Under the pieces are notes generated by a model. That model saw only the letters and a list, made by a program, of their open reading frames with translations, had not been told where the DNA came from and did not search any database. This document shows positions 56,642 through 64,000 of a DNA stretch of 64,000 bases, piece after piece. A program made the position numbers and the translations under genes. How positions within the stretch are numbered: position 1 is the first letter of the stretch; every line of letters begins with the position of its first letter. This DNA is from Bacteroidales bacterium (GTDB lineage: Bacteria > Bacteroidota > Bacteroidia > Bacteroidales > JBBRXJ01): NCBI GenBank assembly GCA_038248505.1, contig JBBRXJ010000001.1:3198-67197 (forward strand), read 5' to 3'.

Positions 56642-58078
56642 GTGAAGAAAAAGTTTCTGACGAATCTTGGGCTTATACTTTTTCTAAATCTATTGATTAA
56701 GCCATATTGGATATTTGGTATTGAACGGAATGTACAGAATTTAGCTGGATCGGAAGCGTATGGCTTATATTTTTCATTATTCAGCTTCTCTGTAATTCTT
56801 AATATTCTGCTTGATTTTGGCACTACGAATTATAATAACCGAATAATTTCTCAAAATCCAAAGTTATTAAGTTTTTATTTTTCTAATATTTTGGTTTTGC
56901 GTTTTTTTCTTGGTATTGTGTATTTTATAATTGCATGTGTAATAGGTATCCTCATTGGTTATGATGTAAATGAATTTAAAATATTATTAATACTTCTATT
57001 AAACCAAGCCTTAGCTCTTTTCTTACTTTATCTTCGATCAAACATAAGCGGTATGCAATATTATCGTACTGACAGTTTAATGTCGGTATTTGACCGTTTG
57101 TTAATGATTATCTTCTGTACTATTATTATTTATTCATTTAACCATAGCAAGGCATTTAACATACTATGGTTTGCTTTTGCACAAACGGCTTCATACTCTA
57201 TTGCATGTTTGCTTGCTTTTTTTATAATAGTAGGTAAGATGAAATTTTTACGTCCTAGAATGGAGCCTAAAAAAATGCTTATCATCCTTAAACAAAGTCT
57301 TCCATTTGCACTCTTAACATTATTAATGGGGGTTTACACTCGAATTGATTTTGTATTTTTAGAACGATTACTTATAGATGGTGATAAACAAGCTGGAATT
57401 TATGCTCAGGCTTTTCGGATAAACGATGCATTAAGTATGTTACCTTTTCTTTTTGCAGGTCTTCTTTTACCAATGTATTCTAAAATGTTAAAGACAGGCG
57501 ACTCGGTTGAATCGCTAACTAAAATGAGTTTTTCACTAATTATGATTCCCGTTGCCTGCATAACTATTGCCTCTGTTTTTTACTCAAGATCACTAATGAC
57601 ATTACTTTATACCGATCATATTGATGAGGCATCTGATGTCTTTCAACTTTTAATCTTGAACTTCTTGCCATTTTCAATTACCTATATTTTTGGAAGTTTA
57701 TTGACGGCTAACGGCAATTTAAAAACACTTAATAGTATCGGTGCGATTGCTGTATTTTTGAATATTACGTTAAATTTATATCTGATACCACAGTATAAAG
57801 CTTTAGGGGCAGCATCTGCAAGTATTATAACCCAATTATTTACTGCCACTGCACAAATATATTTTGTGTGGAAGATATTTAAGTTTAAGGATTCACACTC
57901 CTTTTTTTTAAAATACGCTATTTACATTTCTCTACTTATAGGAATAGGCTTTCTATGCAAACATTATATAGAATTAGAGGCTGCAGGATTTTTAATTTTA
58001 ATTGCAATGGGTATTATATTAAGCCTAGCCTTAAAACTTATAAATTTGTCTGGAATAATCGATATACTTAAAGAATAA
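56642..58078 (+). CDS. Wzx-like oligosaccharide/polysaccharide flippase (MOP superfamily)
   Basis: 478-aa protein with about 12-14 TM segments. GTG start 4 nt after the GGGPS stop. Composition and length are typical of polysaccharide biosynthesis protein flippases. Confidence 0.65.
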   Translation: MKKKFLTNLGLILFLNLLIKPYWIFGIERNVQNLAGSEAYGLYFSLFSFSVILNILLDFGTTNYNNRIISQNPKLLSFYFSNILVLRFFLGIVYFIIACVIGILIGYDVNEFKILLILLLNQALALFLLYLRSNISGMQYYRTDSLMSVFDRLLMIIFCTIIIYSFNHSKAFNILWFAFAQTASYSIACLLAFFIIVGKMKFLRPRMEPKKMLIILKQSLPFALLTLLMGVYTRIDFVFLERLLIDGDKQAGIYAQAFRINDALSMLPFLFAGLLLPMYSKMLKTGDSVESLTKMSFSLIMIPVACITIASVFYSRSLMTLLYTDHIDEASDVFQLLILNFLPFSITYIFGSLLTANGNLKTLNSIGAIAVFLNITLNLYLIPQYKALGAASASIITQLFTATAQIYFVWKIFKFKDSHSFFLKYAIYISLLIGIGFLCKHYIELEAAGFLILIAMGIILSLALKLINLSGIIDILKE

Positions 58079-58184
58079 AAATTCTATTATCACAGATTCA
58101 ATTAATTCATATCCTATAAATAATACTTCTTTTTTTATAATAAAAATTGCGACAAGTTGTGATGTTTCTGGTTATGGTATTAGT

Positions 58185-58785
58185 ATGCACCATAAAATAT
58201 CAGCAGATACGCTTTTGGATGGAGGAATAATTGAAATTAGCTTTGATAACGGTTTTAAATGGTTTAATATCTTTCGACTGGACAGTATTTGCGCTACATG
58301 TAGTAACTATGGTTATAATTTTGACACTATAGCCTCCGCAAAGACTGTTGGATTTACTGGTCATATGAATGCATGGGAAGGATTCCCTTTTAGTTTTAAT
58401 TTGACCAACTATAGTATTCCTTTTCCCGATACCATACTTTTGAAATTTACGTTTAAAAGTGATGCTTTTAATAATTCTACTGGAGGTTGGATGATAGATG
58501 CTATTTGGCTGGGTTCCTTTACAGTGGGTATTGATAAGTTTAAAATTTTGAATGGAGCACTTGATATTTCTCCAATGCCACTAGAAGTGAACTCAATAAT
58601 TAAATCTAATTTGAATATTAAAGGTTCAAAAATCAATCTATATGATCTTACAGGGAAGATTATATTTACAGACAAAATTGAGACCGTACCCTATAGGAGT
58701 CAAACTTCAGAATTTACCCAAAGGTATATACTTTCTGACACTTGATTCATTGGTTAATCATTTCATGGTTAAAATTGTAAAATAA
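58185..58785 (+). pseudogene. Remnant of a T9SS cargo gene: N-terminally truncated and frameshifted inside its C-terminal sorting domain
   Basis: No signal peptide; the ORF begins mid-domain (DGGIIEISFDNGFKWFNI). Frame 0 reads ...INLYDLTGKIIFTDKIETVPY then nonsense to TGA. Frame +1 from about 58693 reads IGVKLQNLPKGIYFLTLDSLVNHFMVKIVK* (stop 58783-58785), the canonical end of a T9SS CTD. A 1-nt indel near 58685-58698 is implied. Confidence 0.7.
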
Positions 58786-58907
58786 TTCATTCTGTAGGTT
58801 TAGTAGGATATATATAAGTAATGATCTTATAGTTATAAATGTTGATACTATTATATTAGGAGACAAGATTACACAGACAAATTTGAAATACATTAATAAA
58901 ATACATT

Positions 58908-59792
58908 ATGAAAAACAAAATTTAGTATCTTCTTATTGCCTTTATTTATATGACATTTCAGTATGTATATGGTCAAAAATATACTCCATTTCCCGAGTCT
59001 AATGCAGTTTGGTCGGTTTACAATGAAAAATATCTTATTAATGGAGATTCTATTTTCAATACAATAAACTATAAAAAGTACTATTTTACCACTGATAGTC
59101 TAGCAAATCCTACTAAGGCTCACTTTTTTGCCCTAGTAAGGCAAGATTCAAGTACAAAAAAAGTGTATTTCATACCTAGTGGAAAATCTATTGAATATTT
59201 GCTCTATGGTTTTTCACTAAACGTAGGAGAAGAAACAGCTGTATATTCTTTGTCAGTCGAGCTTTTTGGTTTAAGTTCCTTCACAGTACAAGTTGAGTCC
59301 AAAGATTCAATTTTAATCAACTGATCATATAGGACACGTCTCAAGATGACAACGGCACACTTTTCCCTAATTGAATATTGGATTGAAGGAATTGGTAGTA
59401 CTTGCAGGATTTTTAATGGCGGCATATTGAGCGCACCAGTTATTGACGTACCCTTCCCTCAACTATTGTGTTTTCAAAATAACTCAACTATAATTTACCA
59501 TCATCCCGATTTTACTACTTGTTATGCGGACTATCCTGTTGCATTATTTGATGTTTCAAGCGATGATGCGTTAAAGATTTATCCTAATCCTGTTAAGAAT
59601 TTTATACAGATTGAAAATAGCAATACCATCCAATCTTATAAAGTTTTCGCTGCTAGTGGTCAGGTAATCTTAATGGCTAATGTTAATTCAAATTCTGTCA
59701 ATATTCCATTAAGCAACCTATCAAATGGAATTTACATTTTGCAAATTATTACTCCCGAAAATATCACAAATAGAATTATTGTAAAAAAGTAA
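58908..59792 (+). pseudogene. T9SS cargo gene (hypothetical secreted protein with type-A CTD) interrupted by in-frame TAG (58923-58925) and TGA (59322-59324)
   Basis: A single frame reads MKNKI*YLLIAFIYMTFQYVYGQ... (signal peptide split by TAG) ...SKDSILIN*SYRTRLKMTTAHFSLIEYWIEGIGS... ...LKIYPNPVKNFIQIE...NGIYILQII...RIIVKK. The two track ORFs (58950-59324 and 59346-59792) are in the same frame. Confidence 0.7.
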
Positions 59793-59824
59793 TTTCATAT
59801 TTAGAATCATTATTGATCAGCAAA

Positions 59825-59859
59825 ATTTATAAGTCGTTCCTAAGGAATGACTTATAAAT
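59825..59859 (+). terminator. Hairpin downstream of the decayed cargo gene
   Basis: ATTTATAAGTCGTTCC-TAA-GGAATGACTTATAAAT: a 16-bp stem with one G-U pair and a 3-nt loop. There is no strong T-run, so terminator function is tentative. Confidence 0.5.
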
Positions 59860-60099
59860 CAGCTATTTTAACATATTTTGTAATCATTAATCGGACTCTA
59901 GTGGTTTTAATATATGTATATTTTAGATCACAATAATAATTCAGATTTTCTTGTGTATGATTATATTTAAACTGATACAATGTAACAGCAATTAGTTTTT
60001 AGAAGTGAATAGCTCTAAATTCAAGTGTGTTGTATAAGTACGTGCGCACTGCGGTTAATTCCGATTAGATGCAATGGATTCGGCCTTTGTGGTGATTTA

Positions 60100-61731
60100 C
60101 TATCTATATATTTCAAGAAGAGCATTCCCAAATGCAGCATTGGGTAATGGCAAATTAAGTATCCCTACAAGTGTTGGAACTATATCTGTAGTAGAAACAC
60201 TGCGAGTTACAAAGGCTGGTTTTAAACGCCATCCGTACCATATCAGAGGAACGTGCTGATTATAGTCTTGTGAATTATGTTGATCAACCTGTTCAATCCA
60301 ATTCGGTTCAAGAACTATTAGTACATCTCCTGAACGTGATGCGTTATAGCTATTCTTCAACTTTTCTAAGCTTCCTCCTCTATAGCTATTTGATCGTATA
60401 ACATACGATGGAATAGCATCTGAAACACCGCTAAACTGTCTTAAAAAATCAGAACAGTTATCCTCAATTTCATTTAAGGAAAGTTTAGAGTCTTCAATAA
60501 CTTTATGATCAAGATAAATTTGCTGATGCTGATAATATTTAATTAACTCTTTATTATTATACTTTGCATACAGATAGGATTTGAGCAAATAAATTGCTTG
60601 ATTTGATTTAAAATATCCAGCGGGTATTTTATTATCTGTTAGATATTGAGGGTTTTCACTTGCGCCACCAACCGATGTAAGACAAATGAGAACTTTGTCA
60701 TTACCAATTGTCTCATCAAGATAGGCAATGAAATGCGCTAAATCTAAATCAAGTCTTAAAAATGCATCTTCCATTTCAACAGATCTTCCACCAAAATTAT
60801 TGGCAAGCGTATTATTTGCATCAAAAACAACATAAAGTAAATCTGTATTTTCATCTTTACCTAGCTTTTCACCTGCAATGGCGGCTAAGGCAAAATCTTT
60901 AATATATGTATTACCAGCGGGAATACCAGATAAAATGCGATAACCAAATTTCTTTCGTAAAGCTTCAAGGTTATATGGAAAAGTTATCTGATTGCCAATT
61001 CCAGTTTCATAAGGATTATTATCAAGCATACTTTCAGTGTACTGATTTAAAGGTAGCAATGGAGACCAATCACGGTTTAAATAAATATCAAGGAGTCTTT
61101 TATTATTAAACTCACGCACCCAGCGTGGAACTGAATCCATATAATATTTACTTGTAATCCATGTGCCAAAATTTTCATCAAACCAAAACGAAGCATTTGA
61201 AGAATGGCCTGCAGTTAAAATTGCTCCCTTATTAGATAAAGAAACCCCAATTACTTTTGATTGTTTATTATTCAGTCGCAATTCATCGCCAATATCACTT
61301 GAAATTAACCAGCGAGGAGATGGACCATCTTTTGAATCTTCTGGTGAGGATAGATTATCGCAGGTACTAAAAACGATTTGATCTCGCAGTGCATTGTACC
61401 ATTTCTCTCCAATAATGCCATGATCTGACGGTACAGCACCTGTTGAGATACTGGCATATCCACATACATTTTGTGTAAAAAAATATGGAATACGTGTATC
61501 TTTATAAACTACTCCTAAGTTGGCCAGTTTTTTAAAGCCATTATCGCTTAAACGATTCCAGTAACGATTCAGTTGATCCATGCTCATTTGATCTACTAGA
61601 ATAGTAACAATTAAGCGAGGTTTTGAGGGGGTTTGAAATGTGTAGTTTTGTGTATAGATAATATTAGTTGAAAAAAAAAGTATAGTAAGTATCAAAGTGT
61701 TCTTTAGCTTTTGCATATTGGGTTTATACAT
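60100..61731 (-). CDS. pafA: PafA-like alkaline phosphatase / nucleotide pyrophosphatase-phosphodiesterase family protein
   Basis: Signal peptide, LIVTILVDQMSMDQL, and GAVPSDHGIIGEKWY; 543 aa, about the size of Elizabethkingia PafA. Confidence 0.7.
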   Translation of the reverse strand: MYKPNMQKLKNTLILTILFFSTNIIYTQNYTFQTPSKPRLIVTILVDQMSMDQLNRYWNRLSDNGFKKLANLGVVYKDTRIPYFFTQNVCGYASISTGAVPSDHGIIGEKWYNALRDQIVFSTCDNLSSPEDSKDGPSPRWLISSDIGDELRLNNKQSKVIGVSLSNKGAILTAGHSSNASFWFDENFGTWITSKYYMDSVPRWVREFNNKRLLDIYLNRDWSPLLPLNQYTESMLDNNPYETGIGNQITFPYNLEALRKKFGYRILSGIPAGNTYIKDFALAAIAGEKLGKDENTDLLYVVFDANNTLANNFGGRSVEMEDAFLRLDLDLAHFIAYLDETIGNDKVLICLTSVGGASENPQYLTDNKIPAGYFKSNQAIYLLKSYLYAKYNNKELIKYYQHQQIYLDHKVIEDSKLSLNEIEDNCSDFLRQFSGVSDAIPSYVIRSNSYRGGSLEKLKNSYNASRSGDVLIVLEPNWIEQVDQHNSQDYNQHVPLIWYGWRLKPAFVTRSVSTTDIVPTLVGILNLPLPNAAFGNALLEIYR

Positions 61732-61736
61732 TAAAT

Positions 61737-63464
61737 TTATTTGTGATTATTTTTAGTTACAACGAACGGTACTGTTTTCTTATTATTATTTTGTTTAAGC
61801 GAAAGATAATATAAGCCTTGTACATAATTAGTAATATTAATTTGAAATTCATTAGTTGAGAAATTGCCAGATGATACAGATACCCCCCAAATATTAGTGA
61901 TATTATAGGTTTTTTCTAAATTATTAGGTGATTCTAATTTTATGTATAATACATCGTTACTAGGATTAGGAAATACTTTAAATGAAAAAATCGAATTGTT
62001 TTTTATGGATATAGTTGTATCTATTCTAAGTATAATATTTAAGTTTATTAAGGTATCTCTACTTAAAATTACATTTGAAATTGTTTTAGAGAAATAACCA
62101 TTTGCAGAATAAACGATATCGTATTTGCCTTGATCAATCAGTCTTCTATAGCTTCCTGTAATTGTATCTGTTAATATTTCTGAATGATCAATATCATGAT
62201 TTAATACAGTAACTATTGCTGCTATTGGTGTATTTGTTGAAGAATCTTTAACCGTTCCGTAAATACCAGTCAGTCCTTGTTTCATATACTCAATTAGTGA
62301 ACGATAATTTGCTTCCCAAAAGGCAGGCAATTCATTTGCATCAGGTGTTTTAAAATCGCTTATTTCAATAGTAACTTCACGACTTCGTATAAAATAATTC
62401 ATATAGTCTTGACGCCCCCCTGTAATTCGATACCAGGCATAACCATTGGTAATTCCATCATCATACGAACTAAAATAACCAGCTACGCCATATTTTTGTG
62501 CTGTATCAGCATATTTATGACAAATATAACGAAACCATGAATCGTCTGAATGAAGTCGCGACCAAGTATCCCACGGATAATTTAAAACTTCAGTGCCCCC
62601 ATGAAAGTTTGCTGACAAATCAATTCGATGATCTTTTACAAAATTCATCATAGCAATATTTTCAGGCTGCCATGCTTTTCCGTCTGGATGATTCCCTGCA
62701 GCTGGATCTGGATAATTTCTATTCAAGTCAACTAAGTTAGCATTTTCGCGAATAGCTCCGGCAACGGTTGTGTTTCCTCCATAATACGTTCCATCAGGGT
62801 TGGCAAGTGGATTTATCCAGATATCCATATTATCTATCAGATGTTGAATATTCGTGTCAACGAAATAATTTTTTAGCAAGTAATCCGCTAATCGAAGCAA
62901 TAAAACATAGCCTGTAAGTTCATCGCCATGAATGCTGGAGGAATACATAAAGCCAGCTTCGCCCTCATTAACATTTACTGACTTACTAATATGCAAAGCC
63001 AATATACGTCTATTATTTTTAGACATTCCAATTTCATAAACTTTGCATATTGATGGATATTTTATTTCAAAACTATCTATCATACTCAAGTATTCATTAT
63101 AGCTTGGATATGTATCCCATGATTGAGTTGATTTAAGATTCATCCCCATTTTTACCTGACCAATATATGAGGAACGAGGTACAATTATATATGGAATTTT
63201 ATATGATAAAAACAGAGATGTATTGTTTTCTGTTAAGCGAATTATAGCCGAAGTCGATGTTACTTTATCAATAGAAAAGATATTCCCTAATGCAATTAAT
63301 GCGGATGAATTTGGTCTTGAAATCTCAACATAAGCGCCATGATTTGCCTTTACGATGGAATCGAGCACATCATTTGTAACCTGCTGCTGAGAAAAAATAG
63401 AGCAGGCATACACAAAAAATGATGTTGTGAAAAAAATGCTGAAATATATTTTATTTTTACTCAT
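61737..63464 (-). CDS. M14-family zinc carboxypeptidase with T9SS C-terminal sorting domain
   Basis: SIHGDELTG (HxxE zinc site), NPLANPDG, a carboxypeptidase-regulatory-like domain (GIYGTVKDSSTNTPIAAIVTV) and a C-terminal FKVFPNPSNDVLYIKL...GLYYLSLKQ...FVVTK. Confidence 0.85.
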   Translation of the reverse strand: MSKNKIYFSIFFTTSFFVYACSIFSQQQVTNDVLDSIVKANHGAYVEISRPNSSALIALGNIFSIDKVTSTSAIIRLTENNTSLFLSYKIPYIIVPRSSYIGQVKMGMNLKSTQSWDTYPSYNEYLSMIDSFEIKYPSICKVYEIGMSKNNRRILALHISKSVNVNEGEAGFMYSSSIHGDELTGYVLLLRLADYLLKNYFVDTNIQHLIDNMDIWINPLANPDGTYYGGNTTVAGAIRENANLVDLNRNYPDPAAGNHPDGKAWQPENIAMMNFVKDHRIDLSANFHGGTEVLNYPWDTWSRLHSDDSWFRYICHKYADTAQKYGVAGYFSSYDDGITNGYAWYRITGGRQDYMNYFIRSREVTIEISDFKTPDANELPAFWEANYRSLIEYMKQGLTGIYGTVKDSSTNTPIAAIVTVLNHDIDHSEILTDTITGSYRRLIDQGKYDIVYSANGYFSKTISNVILSRDTLINLNIILRIDTTISIKNNSIFSFKVFPNPSNDVLYIKLESPNNLEKTYNITNIWGVSVSSGNFSTNEFQINITNYVQGLYYLSLKQNNNKKTVPFVVTKNNHK

Positions 63465-63478
63465 GGTCGCAAAACGAC

Positions 63479-64000
63479 TCAGACGTTGAAACGAATGTGC
63501 AGAATATCTCCATCATCAACCAAATAATCTTTTCCTTGCACATTAAACTTCCCAGCTTCCTTGCATGCTTGTTCGCTTTTAAGTGTTATGAAATCATTGT
63601 ATTTCATAACTTCAGCACGTATAAATCCGCGTTCTAAATCACTATGAATTACGCCCGCAGCTTGTGGTGCTTTCATTCCTTTACGAATGGTCCAAGCACG
63701 ATTTTCTTCCTGTCCAATGGTGAAAAACGACTGTAAATTTAACATAGAATATGCAGCGCGTATAACTTTATTTACACCCGGTTCTTTAAGCCCCACCGAT
63801 TCAAGAAATTCAAGTTGTTCGCTTTCTTCAGTAAGTTCGGCAATTTCTGCTTCTGTTTTACCGGCTATAATTAGCACCTCGTTTTCATGACCTTTCAAAT
63901 GTGCTTTCACTTTTGTAACGTAAACATTGCCCGTTGTAGCAGATTTCTCATCAACATTACATACAAATATAACAGGCTTCATAGTAAGTAAAAAAAGATC
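63479..64000 (-). CDS. ychF: Redox-regulated ATPase YchF, C-terminal part; the gene continues beyond the window end
   Basis: The frame stays open upstream of the track's Met to base 64000 (...DFFLLTMKPVIFVCNVDE...). C-terminal TGS-like ...GFIRAEVMKYNDF...GKDYLVDDGDILHIRFNV. Confidence 0.95.
   Translation of the reverse strand, partial: DLFLLTMKPVIFVCNVDEKSATTGNVYVTKVKAHLKGHENEVLIIAGKTEAEIAELTEESEQLEFLESVGLKEPGVNKVIRAAYSMLNLQSFFTIGQEENRAWTIRKGMKAPQAAGVIHSDLERGFIRAEVMKYNDFITLKSEQACKEAGKFNVQGKDYLVDDGDILHIRFNV

Noticed and set aside
59322-59324. TGA as selenocysteine in the T9SS cargo gene
   Set aside because: The context (..SILIN-SYRTRLK..) is not a redox motif. Family members, as I recall them, have Gly there. 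I see no SECIS-like hairpin immediately downstream, and no sel genes are in the window.
1-64000. Mobile elements, prophage, defence islands (restriction-modification, CRISPR-Cas, toxin-antitoxin, retrons), tRNA or rRNA genes
   Set aside because: I scanned all listed ORFs and the spacers and found none of the following: transposase, integrase, recombinase, Cas, methylase or reverse-transcriptase motifs; spaced repeat arrays; tRNA-like T-arm (GGTTCGAATCC-type) sequences. The window reads as conserved core chromosome.

Overview
AT-rich, densely coding (about 90%) chromosomal window. Gene content and synteny point to a gliding member of the Bacteroidota: a gldG-like tail, the porP-gldK-gldL-gldM-gldN T9SS/gliding core operon, the mutY-ssb-gldE-gldD block, the panC/short glycogen synthase/DUF4270/glmS block, several proteins with T9SS C-terminal sorting domains, and no Shine-Dalgarno-like sequences upstream of starts. 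I support about 55 protein genes, mostly housekeeping: topA, radA, PBP1A, panCD, glmS, rng, HU, ssb, mutY, dsbD and ychF. There is also a nucleotide-sugar block (rfbB, galE, wbpA/B/D/E-like). I found no rRNA, tRNA, CRISPR array, transposase, integrase, phage, toxin-antitoxin or recognisable defence genes, so this looks like core genome rather than an island. Points worth a second look: (1) a four-gene, apparently envelope-spanning module of unknown function (10007-16204) in one operon with dtd/mazG. (2) An arginase-fold protein with half of its metal ligands replaced, sitting between topA and the T9SS operon. (3) An enlarged GldL with internal tandem repeats. (4) Three genes carrying point lesions: an in-frame TAA in mazG, and an in-frame TAG, an in-frame TGA and a frameshift in two T9SS cargo genes. 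(5) An unlisted 31-codon Lys/Arg-rich ORF downstream of HU. (6) A possible small RNA in a convergent spacer. (7) A stop/start-overlapping PPTase-GGGP synthase pair. All functional calls come from reading motifs and gene order by eye. No searches or folding programs were run.
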